Of a DNA stretch of 32,000 nt, positions 23,290-32,000 are shown one piece after another (the first letter of the stretch is position 1; each line of letters opens with the position of its first letter). A program made the translations under genes and the position numbers. The notes below the pieces were generated by a model that saw only the letters and a program-made list of their open reading frames with translations, searched no databases and was not told where the DNA came from. This stretch comes from Pseudomonas aeruginosa. Lineage in GTDB: Bacteria; Pseudomonadota; Gammaproteobacteria; Pseudomonadales; Pseudomonadaceae. The stretch spans positions 1,170,001-1,202,000 of the forward strand of contig NZ_LN831024.1 of NCBI RefSeq assembly GCF_001457615.1, given 5' to 3'.

Positions 23290-24132
23290 ATGAACGTTTC
23301 GTTCCGCAGGAGTCGCACCGTGCCCGCCAGCAAACCTGTCGCGGATCCCGCCCGGAGTACTGACCCACGCGATTACCAGCGAGTCGGCCGGCCGCTCGGG
23401 GTCATGGCCAAGACCTTCCCGGCGGGTTTCGTGGTCGCCGAGCATCGGCACGAGCGGGCGCAGTTGATCCATGCCCTGTCGGGCGTGATCGAACTGCATG
23501 TCGGTCGCACGCTATGGCTGGTCCCGCCGCAGCGCGCGGTATGGATGCCGGCGGGGATGGCGCACGCGATGCTGGCGCGCGGCGAGGTCCGCTTGCACAC
23601 CGTCTATGTCCGGCCGCAGTCCTGCCCGCCGGAATTCCCCCGGGTGCCGCGCGGAGTGATGGTCAGCCCATTGTTGCGCGAGTTGATCGTGCGCGCCGCC
23701 GGCCTGCCGTTGTTGTACGACGAGCGCGGCCGGGAGGGGCGGTTGATGGCGGTGCTGCTGGACGAACTGGAGTGGTCGCGGGAACAGCCCCTGGCCTTGC
23801 CCGACCCCGCGGACCGACGCCTGGGAAGAATCTGCCAAGCGCTGCTGGAGGACCCGGCCGACCCTCGCGGGCTGGAGGAGTGGGCGCGCTACGTGGGGGC
23901 GTCCTCGCGGACCCTGGCACGGCTGTTTCTCTCCGAACTGGGAGTGACCTTCGTCCATTGGCGCCACCAGGTGCGCCTGGCCGCCGCCCTGCCACGCCTG
24001 GCGGCTGGCGAAGCGGTGGCGCGGATCGCCGTGGATCTCGGCTACCAGACGCCCAGCGCATTCAGTGCCATGTTCCGACGCCTGACCGGGAGCACGCCGA
24101 GCCGCTACTTCGCCTTGTCCGATTCGGCGTAG
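23290..24132 (+). CDS. AraC-family transcriptional regulator with N-terminal cupin
   Basis: MNVSFRRSRTV...; VVAEHRHERAQLIHALSGV cupin; GASSRTLARLFLSELGVTFVHWRHQVRLAAALPRLAAGEAVARIAVDLGYQTPSAFSAMFRRLTGSTPSRYF HTH. Confidence 0.93.
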   Translation: MNVSFRRSRTVPASKPVADPARSTDPRDYQRVGRPLGVMAKTFPAGFVVAEHRHERAQLIHALSGVIELHVGRTLWLVPPQRAVWMPAGMAHAMLARGEVRLHTVYVRPQSCPPEFPRVPRGVMVSPLLRELIVRAAGLPLLYDERGREGRLMAVLLDELEWSREQPLALPDPADRRLGRICQALLEDPADPRGLEEWARYVGASSRTLARLFLSELGVTFVHWRHQVRLAAALPRLAAGEAVARIAVDLGYQTPSAFSAMFRRLTGSTPSRYFALSDSA

Positions 24133-24215
24133 CCTTCGTCCGTTGGCGGACGGCGCCGACGCGGCAGGATTCCTATGCTGGGCCCGTTTCCAGACGACCG
24201 CCCCGGGAGGCAAGC

Positions 24216-25139
24216 ATGCAACGACTGAACGTGGAATTCCGCTCCGAGGGTGTCGCCCTGCGCGGCTGGCTGTATTTGCCGGAAGCGCGTGCCGAGCGGC
24301 CGGCGATCGTCATGACGCACGGTTTTTCCGGGGTGAAGGAGCAGTACCTGGACCGTTACGCCGAGGTATTCGCCGCCGCCGGCTTCGTCGTGCTCCTCTA
24401 CGATCATCCGAACTTCGGCGACAGCGACGGCGAGCCGCGCCAGGAAATCGATCCGGTGATGCAGCGTCGCGGCTATCGCGACGCGATCACCTGGTTGGGC
24501 GCCCAGGCACGGGTCGACGCGAGGCGCATCGGCATCTGGGGAACCAGCTACAGCGGCGGACATGTGCTGGAAGTGGCCGCACTGGATCGGCGGGTGAAAT
24601 GCGTGGTGGCGCAGGTGCCGACCGTCAGCGGCCATGCCTCGGCGTTGCGCCGGACCCGCGCCGAGCAGTTGCCGGCATTGCTGGCAAGCTTCGACGCGGA
24701 CCGCCAGCGGCGCTTCGAGGGCTTGCCGCCGGCGCTGTTGCCGGCGGTCGCCGCGGGCCCCGACGAGCCTTGCGCGATGGCCGGCGCGGACGCCCACCGG
24801 TTCTTCACCGACAGCGCGGCGCTGGCGCCGAGCTGGCGCAACCGGGTGACTCTGCGTAGCGCCGAGCTGGCGCGGGAGAACGAGCCAGGCATTCACATGG
24901 CGCGGATCAGCCCCACGCCGCTGCTGATGATCGTCGCCGACCGGGACCTGCTCACGCCCACTGACCTTTGCCTGGAGGCCTACCAGCGGGCGTTGCCGCC
25001 CAAGCGGCTGCTGATGCTCGCCGGCGGCCATTTCACGCCGTACATCGAGCATTTCGACGCCACCAGCCAGGCTGCGGCAGACTGGTTCGTCCGTCATCTC
25101 GGAGAGGGCGGCGAGCAGCCAGCGACAGTCGTCGAATAA
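24216..25139 (+). CDS. Alpha/beta hydrolase
   Basis: 307 aa; IVMTHGFSGVKEQYLDRYAEVFAAAGFVVLLYDHPNFG; nucleophile elbow GIWGTSYSGGH. Confidence 0.9.
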   Translation: MQRLNVEFRSEGVALRGWLYLPEARAERPAIVMTHGFSGVKEQYLDRYAEVFAAAGFVVLLYDHPNFGDSDGEPRQEIDPVMQRRGYRDAITWLGAQARVDARRIGIWGTSYSGGHVLEVAALDRRVKCVVAQVPTVSGHASALRRTRAEQLPALLASFDADRQRRFEGLPPALLPAVAAGPDEPCAMAGADAHRFFTDSAALAPSWRNRVTLRSAELARENEPGIHMARISPTPLLMIVADRDLLTPTDLCLEAYQRALPPKRLLMLAGGHFTPYIEHFDATSQAAADWFVRHLGEGGEQPATVVE

Positions 25140-25330
25140 ATCGGCAAGCGCTGAACGAGCGTTCGCCTCGACGGTCTATCGGGCTCTTGGTTCGGCCTGC
25201 GCAGTGACAGGCCCGCCGAATCGCAGGATAATGCCGGCTATTTTCTCCGCGCCATGCCGCCATGGCCGGAAACGCGTGATGACGGGGCCGACGGGCCCCG
25301 TCAGAGCCTGGCAACCCAGGAGTGTCCGGA

Positions 25331-26449
25331 TTGATCGTTTTCCGTTATTTGTCCCGTGAAGTGCTGGTCACCATGAGCGCCGTCAGCGCCGTGCTGCTGG
25401 TGATCATCATGAGTGGCCGTTTCATCAAGTACCTGGCGCAAGCGGCGCAGGGGTTGCTCGACCCCGGTTCGCTGTTCCTGATCATGGCGTTCCGGATTCC
25501 CGGCTTCCTGCAGCTGATCCTGCCGCTTGGCCTGTTCCTCGGCATCCTTCTGGCCTACGGGCGACTCTATCTGGAAAGCGAGATGACCGTGCTCTCGGCG
25601 ACCGGCATGAGCCAGAAGCGCCTGCTCGGCTATACCATGGCGCCGGCGCTGCTGGTGGCGATCCTGGTGGCCTGGCTGAGCCTGTTCCTGGCGCCCCAGG
25701 GCATCAACCAGTTCGCCCTGCTGTTGAACAAGCAGGATACCCTGACCGAGTTCGACACCCTGGTCCCGGGCCGTTTCCAGGCAATGCGCGACGGTACCCG
25801 GGTGACCTATACCGAGGAACTGTCGAAGGATCGCGGCGAACTGGCCGGCATCTTCATTTCGCAGAAGGACCTCAACAGCAGCAACCAGGAACGCGGCATC
25901 TCCATCCTGGTGGCGGAGAAGGGCACCCAGAACATCCAGGCGGATGGCAGCCGTTACCTGATCCTGCACAACGGCTACCGCTACGACGGCAATCCCGGGC
26001 AGGCCAACTACCGGGCGATCCAGTACGACACCTATGGCGTGATGCTGCCCAAGCCCGAGGCCAGCAGCGAGGTGAGCGAGCGTGACGCGGTGCCCACCGC
26101 CGACCTGTTCGGCAGCGACAACCCACGCTACCAGGCCGAATTGCAGTGGCGCCTGTCGACACCGCTGCTGGTGTTCGTGGTGACCCTGCTGGCGGTGCCG
26201 CTGTCGCGGGTCAACCCACGCCAGGGGCGCTTCCTCAAGCTGCTGCCGGCGATCCTCCTTTATATGGGCTACCTGGCCCTGCTGATCGCTGTCCGTGGCC
26301 AGCTGGACAAAGGCAAGATCCCCATGGCCATCGGCCTGTGGTGGGTCCACGGACTATTCCTGGCGATCGGTCTTCTTCTGTTCTATTGGGAACCCTTGCG
26401 CCTGAAGCTGGCGTCCTCCCGTGCCGGTCGCGAGGTGGCGCATGGTTAA
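25331..26449 (+). CDS. lptF: LPS export ABC transporter permease LptF
   Basis: LIVFRYLSREVLVTMSAVSAVLLVIIMSGRFIKYLAQAAQG; TTG at 25331 preceded by CCAGGAG (GTG at 25322 is the alternative). Confidence 0.93.
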   Translation: MIVFRYLSREVLVTMSAVSAVLLVIIMSGRFIKYLAQAAQGLLDPGSLFLIMAFRIPGFLQLILPLGLFLGILLAYGRLYLESEMTVLSATGMSQKRLLGYTMAPALLVAILVAWLSLFLAPQGINQFALLLNKQDTLTEFDTLVPGRFQAMRDGTRVTYTEELSKDRGELAGIFISQKDLNSSNQERGISILVAEKGTQNIQADGSRYLILHNGYRYDGNPGQANYRAIQYDTYGVMLPKPEASSEVSERDAVPTADLFGSDNPRYQAELQWRLSTPLLVFVVTLLAVPLSRVNPRQGRFLKLLPAILLYMGYLALLIAVRGQLDKGKIPMAIGLWWVHGLFLAIGLLLFYWEPLRLKLASSRAGREVAHG

Positions 26450-27509
26450 GCTCGATCGTTACATCGGTGTCACCGTCTTCGTCGCGATCCTCGCGGTGCT
26501 CGGGGTGATCCTTGGCCTGGCGCTGCTGTTCGCCTTCATCGACGAACTCAACGACATCAGCGCCAGCTACGGCATCGGCGACGCCCTGCGCTTCATCTTC
26601 CTCACCGCGCCACGGCGCGCCTACGACATGCTGCCGATGGCGGCGCTGATCGGCTGCCTGGTCGGCCTCGGCACCCTGGCCAGCAACAGCGAACTGACCA
26701 TCATGCGCGCGGCCGGGGTATCCCTGTCGCGGATCGTCTGGGCGGTGATGAAACCGATGCTGGTGCTGATGCTGGCCGGCATCCTGGTTGGCGAGTACGT
26801 CGCGCCCTGGACCGAGAACATCGCCCAGAGCGGCCGCGCCCTGGCCCAGGGCGGCGGCGATTCGCAAAGCTCCAAGCGCGGTCTGTGGCATCGCCAGGGG
26901 CGCGAGTACATCCACATCAACGCGGTGCAGCCCAATGGTGTGCTGTACGGCGTGACCCGCTACCGCTTCGACGAGCAGCGTGGCCTGGAATCGGCCAGTT
27001 TCGCCAAGCGCGCGCGCTTCGAGACCGATCACTGGCAACTGGAAGAGGTCACCACCACCTTGCTGCATCCGAGGGAAAAGCGTTCCGAGGTGGTCAAGCT
27101 ACCGACCGAACGCTGGGATGCCCAGCTCAGCCCGCAACTGCTGAACACTGTGGTGATGGAGCCCGAGGCGCTGTCTATCAGCGGTCTCTGGCAGTACATC
27201 CACTATCTCGCCGACCAGGGCCTGAACAACAACCGCTACTGGCTGGCGTTCTGGACCAAGGTCCTGCAACCGCTGGTGACCGCCGCGCTGGTGCTGATGG
27301 CGATTTCCTTCATCTTCGGTCCGTTGCGCTCGGTGACCCTGGGCCAGCGGATCTTCACCGGCGTGCTGGTGGGCTTCGTCTTCCGCATCGCCCAGGACCT
27401 GCTCGGACCCTCCAGCCTGGTGTTCGACTTCCCGCCGCTGCTGGCGGTGGTGATCCCCGCCTCGATCTGCGCACTGGCGGGTGTCTGGCTGCTACGCCGG
27501 GCGGGCTGA
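26442..27509 (+). CDS. lptG: LPS export ABC transporter permease LptG
   Basis: 355 aa MVKLDRYIGVTVFVAILAVLGVILGLALLFAFIDELNDI...; start overlaps lptF stop by 8 nt. Confidence 0.95.
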   Translation: MVKLDRYIGVTVFVAILAVLGVILGLALLFAFIDELNDISASYGIGDALRFIFLTAPRRAYDMLPMAALIGCLVGLGTLASNSELTIMRAAGVSLSRIVWAVMKPMLVLMLAGILVGEYVAPWTENIAQSGRALAQGGGDSQSSKRGLWHRQGREYIHINAVQPNGVLYGVTRYRFDEQRGLESASFAKRARFETDHWQLEEVTTTLLHPREKRSEVVKLPTERWDAQLSPQLLNTVVMEPEALSISGLWQYIHYLADQGLNNNRYWLAFWTKVLQPLVTAALVLMAISFIFGPLRSVTLGQRIFTGVLVGFVFRIAQDLLGPSSLVFDFPPLLAVVIPASICALAGVWLLRRAG

Positions 27510-27534
27510 CAGGCCCGGCAGGCCGGGTATGAAA

Positions 27535-27558
27535 AAAGGCCACCCACGGGTGGCCTTT
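27535..27558. terminator. Bidirectional intrinsic terminator between lptG and the convergent RDD gene
   Basis: AAAGGCCACCC ACG GGGTGGCCTTT-type hairpin with A-rich and T-rich flanks. Confidence 0.8.
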
Positions 27559-27640
27559 GTGCTTCCTTGTCGCGTCGGGCTGGAGCCTGGGCGCCGGCGC
27601 GACAAAGGCCAAAACAGCGCGTTCTGCGGACCTGTTTCGC

Positions 27641-28138
27641 TCACTTCTTGTGAGTGTTCTTCGGCAGCCTGACCATCTGGCTCTCCGAATAGCGGTCGTG
27701 CCAGGTGCGCTTGTCCTTGTCCCAGAGCATCCAGAGGAAGCCGAGGCCGAGGCACAGCCAGGAGGCGATGGCGATCATGAAGCGCAGCAGCGCCTGGAGC
27801 AGGCTGATGGCGCTGCCGTCGCGGTTCTGCACGCGCAGTCCCCAGACCTGCATGCCCAGGGTCTGGCCGTTGTGGGTCCAGAATTTGGCGAAGAAGCCGA
27901 ACAGGGCGAACACCAGCAGGGTCGAGAGCAGCGGGTCGCCGATCAGCGCGCCGCGGTCGGCCAGTTCGCGCAGATGGTCGCTGCCGTAGATCAGTCGAAG
28001 GATGCCTTGCTGGTAGACCAGGGTGACCACCATCATCAGCGCCACGCAGAGCAGGAAGTCATAGAACATCGCCGCCAGGCGGCGGACCAGACCGGCAGGG
28101 GCATAGTCGCCCTGGGGAGAAAGCATGTGTTTCGGCAT
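27641..28138 (-). CDS. RDD family membrane protein
   Basis: YAPAGLVRRLAAMFYDFLLCVALMMVVTLVYQ...TLGMQVWGLRVQNRDG; ATG at 28138. Confidence 0.9.
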   Translation of the reverse strand: MPKHMLSPQGDYAPAGLVRRLAAMFYDFLLCVALMMVVTLVYQQGILRLIYGSDHLRELADRGALIGDPLLSTLLVFALFGFFAKFWTHNGQTLGMQVWGLRVQNRDGSAISLLQALLRFMIAIASWLCLGLGFLWMLWDKDKRTWHDRYSESQMVRLPKNTHKK

Positions 28139-28267
28139 CGGCGTGTTCCGTGCGGGGCAAAACCGGGGATTATACGTCCATCCGCAGCTTGCGCCGCCCA
28201 CCCGGGCAACGCTTTTCCCCGGCTGTTCTAGTCTTTGCGCAGACCCCAATCATTACGAGTCTTTTCT

Positions 28268-29848
28268 ATGCCGATTCCGGTGAAGCGAGCCAGGAGAAAG
28301 GCGCTCCGGCTGTCGTTGTCCGTGCTGGTCGGGGTGATGCCGATCGTCCTGGGGCTGCTCATCCTCTACTGGCAGGCCGAGCGAAGCCTCCAGGAGACGT
28401 CCGAGCAGGCAGCCGGGAATGCGGTGCGGCAGTTCGAACGGATGCTCGACAACGCTGCGTTGGCGGCGCGCAAGGTCATGCCGGTGGCGGGGCGTCCTTG
28501 TCCCGAGGCCGAGCTGGCGCTGCGCGAGCAAGTGGCGATCATGCCGTTCGTGCGCTCGGTCAATTTGACGCGCGACAATACGATCTATTGCACGTCGTTG
28601 TTCGGCGGCTTCGACGAGCCGGTGCGGATCGAGAACTATGTCGACGGACGCCTCCTGCTGATGCCCGGCAACCAGGTCACGCCGGACGCCGCGCTGCTGG
28701 TCCTGCGGGACTCCGACGGCAAGCGCGGGGTATTGGCGGCGATCGACGGGCGCTACTTGAGCTACGTGCTGGACCTCGTCGACCGACGTAGCCGCCAGGT
28801 GCTGGTGGTCGGTCCCAATTGGCTGGATGCCGAGGGCCGCACTCACCGCGACGCGCCGCCCACCTATGAGGTCGCCGCCGTATCGCTCGCTTCGCAGCGT
28901 TATCCGTTGCGTGTGCTGTCGGGCTTCCCTGAGGGCGAGGAGTGGCGATCGATCCGCTCGCAGAACCCGGCGATGTTCGGCCTGCTACTGTTCTTCGGAC
29001 TGCTGGCCGGCACTCTGTGCTACTGGCTATCCAGGCGGGTCGCCTCGCCCAGCAGCGAACTGCGCCGGGCCCTGGAGGCCAACGAGTTCATTCCCTACTA
29101 CCAGCCGCTGAGTCCCGGCCAGGGCGGACGCTGGATAGGCGTCGAGGTGCTCATGCGCTGGCGTCATCCGCGTGAGGGACTGATCCGGCCCGACCTGTTC
29201 ATACCTTTCGCCGAGCGCTCGGGGCTGATCGTACCGATGACGCGCGCGCTGATGCGCCAGGTCGCGGAAGACCTGGGCGGGCATGCCGGGAAGCTGGAGC
29301 CGGGCTTCCACATCGGTTTCAACATCAGTGCCACCCATTGCCACGAACTGGCCTTGGTGGACGACTGTCGCGAGCTGTTGGCGGCGTTTCCGCTCGGGCA
29401 CATCACCCTGGTCCTGGAGCTGACCGAGCGCGAGCTGATCGAGTCGAGCGAAGTCACCGACCGCCTGTTCGACGAATTGCATGCCCTGGGAGTGAAGATC
29501 GCCATCGACGATTTCGGCACCGGACATTCCAGCCTGGCCTACCTGCGCAAGTTCCAGGTGGACTGCCTGAAGATCGACCAGAGCTTCGTCGCCCGCATCG
29601 GCATCGATACTCTTTCCGGGCATATTCTCGACAGCATCGTCGAGCTGTCCGCCAAGCTCGACCTGGATATCGTCGCCGAAGGCGTGGAGACTCCCGAGCA
29701 GCGTGACTACCTGGCCGCCCGCGGGGTGGATTACCTGCAGGGCTACCTGATCGGCCGGCCGATGCCGCTGGAGAGTTTGCTTTCCAGCCTGACTGTGCAG
29801 GAGGGGCAGGACGCTTCCGTCGTCGCACTTCCGGCAGATCGAGGCTAG
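28268..29848 (+). CDS. Cyclic-di-GMP phosphodiesterase, CSS-motif periplasmic sensor plus EAL domain
   Basis: Two TMs flanking a CSS-type domain (CPEAELALREQVAIMPFVRSVNLTRDNTIYCTSLFG) and EAL domain with IGVEVLMRW (E[V/A]L), FNISATH, ELTERELIESS, IDDFGTGHSSLAYL, GYLIGRPMP. Confidence 0.95.
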   Translation: MPIPVKRARRKALRLSLSVLVGVMPIVLGLLILYWQAERSLQETSEQAAGNAVRQFERMLDNAALAARKVMPVAGRPCPEAELALREQVAIMPFVRSVNLTRDNTIYCTSLFGGFDEPVRIENYVDGRLLLMPGNQVTPDAALLVLRDSDGKRGVLAAIDGRYLSYVLDLVDRRSRQVLVVGPNWLDAEGRTHRDAPPTYEVAAVSLASQRYPLRVLSGFPEGEEWRSIRSQNPAMFGLLLFFGLLAGTLCYWLSRRVASPSSELRRALEANEFIPYYQPLSPGQGGRWIGVEVLMRWRHPREGLIRPDLFIPFAERSGLIVPMTRALMRQVAEDLGGHAGKLEPGFHIGFNISATHCHELALVDDCRELLAAFPLGHITLVLELTERELIESSEVTDRLFDELHALGVKIAIDDFGTGHSSLAYLRKFQVDCLKIDQSFVARIGIDTLSGHILDSIVELSAKLDLDIVAEGVETPEQRDYLAARGVDYLQGYLIGRPMPLESLLSSLTVQEGQDASVVALPADRG

Positions 29849-29962
29849 CGGCTACCAGTCCCTCGGCGAGGGGCAGCCTCTCAGCTTCTTCGTTACGGAT
29901 GAGACAAAAGGCCCGCAGGACGAGCAGGTGCAAGCCCTGCATCGCCTCTGGCACGACAAAAT

Positions 29963-29989
29963 GCCTCGCATCCGCGGGGCTATTTTTTT
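29963..29989 (+). terminator. Intrinsic terminator
   Basis: GCCTCGC ATCC GCGGGGC (one wobble) followed by TATTTTTTT. Confidence 0.75.
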
Positions 29990-30045
29990 GCTTCGGCTGT
30001 GGTAGATTTTTTTCGCCGAGCTGGGAAGACAGCAGTTCGGGTAAA

Positions 30046-30081
30046 GGCAGCGTCTCGACTCCAGCGCTGCCTTTTTTTATT
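30046..30081 (+). terminator. Intrinsic terminator
   Basis: GGCAGCG ... CGCTGCC followed by TTTTTTTATTT. Confidence 0.75.
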
Positions 30082-30111
30082 TGCAGGCCGGATCAGATCG
30101 CAGACAACAAA

Positions 30112-30133
30112 AAACCGGCGCGAAGGCCGGTTT
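30112..30133. terminator. Hairpin, probable bidirectional terminator
   Basis: AAACCGGC GCGAAG GCCGGTTT perfect 8-bp palindrome. Confidence 0.6.
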
Positions 30134-30422
30134 CTCTGCTGTCCTGTGCTCCCCCTGGAAACGCTTGGGAAGTTAGGATGGTGCTCGGGAGGGACTTAAA
30201 TTAGATGTAAATCTATTTTTTATTTTGCAATACCCCCATGTCGAAAGTTGCTCGATAGCCAGGCTGACTTTGCTGGAGTGGTTACGACTCCTACAGATTG
30301 AACCGCGCCTGCATACTTACAGAAACCATGTGTTTGATCTAGAGTCTTCGTTGGGTCAGATGCCGGTCAGGAATGCGAGCTACGCTCGGCAGTGCGCAGT
30401 TGGCTGAATCGCCCCGGATTCT

Positions 30423-31304
30423 CTAGACACATTGCAAGTTCATTGCATGACGCTTTTCAAACTCTAGCGGTGACAGCTGATTGTTGAAACCATGTCGGCG
30501 TTTTGAGTTGTAGAACATTTCGATGTAATCGAACACATCGCTACGAGCATCTTCCCGCGTGGTGTAAATTTTCCGCTTGATCCGTTCTCGTTTCAGAAGC
30601 TGGAAAAAGCTCTCGGCCACGGCGTTGTCATGACAGTTGCCTCGACGACTCATGCTGGCAACCAAATTGTTTGCCTTCAAAAAGCTGCGCCAATCGGAGC
30701 TGCTGTACTGGCTGCCCTGGTCGGAATAAACCATCACCTCTTGCTTCGGTTTACGCCTCCAAACCGCCATCAACAACGCATTAATAGCCAAATCACTGGT
30801 CATCTGCGCCTTCATTGACCAGCCAACGACCTGACGAGAAAAAAGATCCAACACCACCGCCAAATACAACCAGCCTTCATACGTACGAATGTAGGTGATG
30901 TCGGTTACCCAAACCTTGTTGGGTTCCACTACATCGAATTGGCGCTTCAGCAAATTGGGCGAGGCGACCGCTGGCTTACCGCCGTACTTTCCAGGGCGGC
31001 GTCGATAACCTGTCTGAGAGCGCAGTCCTTCAAGACGCATCAGCCTTGCCACACGATGGCGCCCGCAAACTTCACCGACCTCGCGCAGATCGTCATGGAT
31101 TTTGCGATAGCCATAAACGGTGCCGCTCTCCAGCCAAGAATGCTTGATCAAACCCAGCAGTCGCTGATCGTCTTTAGCGCGTGCCGATTGCGGCTCAGAC
31201 AACCAGGCGTAATAACCGCTGGGATGGACCTTCAGCGTCAGGCAAAGCCGTCGAATGGAATAGTTGCCGGCTCGCTGCTTGATAAAGGCGTACCTCAACC
31301 GCAC
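30423..31304 (-). CDS. IS3-family transposase OrfB (DDE integrase)
   Basis: HTH_21-like N-terminus; DDE domain VWVTDITYIRTYEGWLYLAVVLDLFSRQVVGW..., YSDQGSQY, NCHDNAVAESFF; read by -1 frameshift from orfA. Confidence 0.95.
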   Translation of the reverse strand: MRLRYAFIKQRAGNYSIRRLCLTLKVHPSGYYAWLSEPQSARAKDDQRLLGLIKHSWLESGTVYGYRKIHDDLREVGEVCGRHRVARLMRLEGLRSQTGYRRRPGKYGGKPAVASPNLLKRQFDVVEPNKVWVTDITYIRTYEGWLYLAVVLDLFSRQVVGWSMKAQMTSDLAINALLMAVWRRKPKQEVMVYSDQGSQYSSSDWRSFLKANNLVASMSRRGNCHDNAVAESFFQLLKRERIKRKIYTTREDARSDVFDYIEMFYNSKRRHGFNNQLSPLEFEKRHAMNLQCV

Positions 31305-31573
31305 TCCTTGGCAAAGTACGCGGCGGCCTTTTTTAAGATATCTCGCTCTTCAGTGACGCGCTTTAGTTCGGCTCGCAGACGACGCAGTTCAGCGTGCTGA
31401 TCATCGTCCTGCTGCCGTTCTTCTTGAGGTTTGCTGTAGCGCTTTATCCAGGCATAGAGGCTATGCGTCGACACGCCGAGACGGGCCGCTACATCAGCGA
31501 CAGGCAGCTTCTTTTGGGTCACTTGATTGAGTGCTTAGATTTTGAATTCTTCGGGGTAACGCGGGTTGCTCAT
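31295..31573 (-). CDS. IS3-family transposase OrfA (HTH)
   Basis: MSNPRYPEEFKIQALNQVTQKKLPVADVAARLGVSTHSLYAWIKRY...LRAELKRVTEERDILKKAAAYFAKECG; ATG at 31573. Confidence 0.92.
31328..31334 (-). other. A6G slippery heptamer for OrfAB programmed -1 frameshift
   Basis: Minus strand ...ATCTTAAAAAAGGCC... at the DILKKAA codons, within the upstream extension of the orfB frame. Confidence 0.8.
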
Positions 31574-32000
31574 GGCACCTCCTAATTGGCCTCAGTTTAA
31601 GGCAAAGAGGTGTCTACGAAACCCGGGGCGATTCAGAGAGCCCTCAAACGAAGGCTAAAACCCTATCCACTACTAATCCCAGTGCGCTAAGCAAAGAGTA
31701 CGGAAGCCAAAAAAGGGGAGTTCAAGGATGGTTAAGTAAGTGCCGCTCGGATAGAGTCACTAAAACTCAGAAAGCAAAAAAGCTTATATGGCGAGTTCAA
31801 GTCAAAGGCGCAAAGAGAACCTCCCTTGCTCTAGCAAACGAAATGCTATTAATAGTCGATTCGATATATTAAAATGAAAATATCCCTGTGAAAATTAACG
31901 GCTTCCCCAGTCCTTGAAAAAAGCGAAAATCAAGGAAAGGTATAAAAATTCTCGACGGCCAAAAAGAAAAATGACACCCATACAAAAAGAGGCATATATG

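Larger units (their letters stand above)
30405..31635 (-). mobile_element. IS3-family insertion sequence (IS51-like group by transposase appearance)
   Basis: Terminal repeats TGAATCGCCCCGGATTCTCTAGACAC (30405-30430) and, reverse-complemented, TGAATCGCCCCGGGTTTCGTAGACAC (31635-31610); orfA and orfB in between. Confidence 0.93.

Noticed and set aside
23514-24215. N-terminal extension of the alpha/beta hydrolase ORF across the AraC gene
   Set aside because: Overlaps the AraC-family gene in another frame; the hydrolase begins at ATG 24216.
29849-30404. Possible tRNA as an island attachment site left of the IS
   Set aside because: I looked for a TTCGA-type T-loop and cloverleaf arms and found only terminator hairpins; no tRNA could be supported.

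Overview
The window is a Pseudomonas aeruginosa chromosome segment that is mostly core genome (PAO1 PA3825-PA3850-like order), recognised from protein sequence and gene order. The core part contains ndpA/yejK, a TAXI-type TRAP solute-binding protein, an isochorismatase-family hydrolase, a LysR regulator and a GST. It continues with the T3SS effector exoS and its divergent chaperone spcS, flanked by ExsA-like boxes, then rlmF, an SLC13 transporter, a three-gene ABC transporter, valS, holC, pepA, an AraC regulator, an alpha/beta hydrolase, lptF-lptG, an RDD membrane protein and a CSS-EAL phosphodiesterase. Two accessory patches stand out. (1) About 15.15-17.3 kb is an AT-rich insert starting abruptly with the last few residues of an Rhs core (AQAYNRYSYGWNNPIASVDPTGY). 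It is followed by a frameshifted, apparently polymorphic C-terminal toxin-like domain and two or three small candidate immunity or orphan ORFs. No full-length rhs gene is present, and the insert truncates a small signal-peptide gene. (2) An IS3-family element at 30405-31635 has 26-bp imperfect terminal repeats and an A6G programmed-frameshift motif but no visible target duplication. It sits at the edge of AT-rich DNA that runs off the window. The orphan Rhs-CT module is the best candidate for something under-described.
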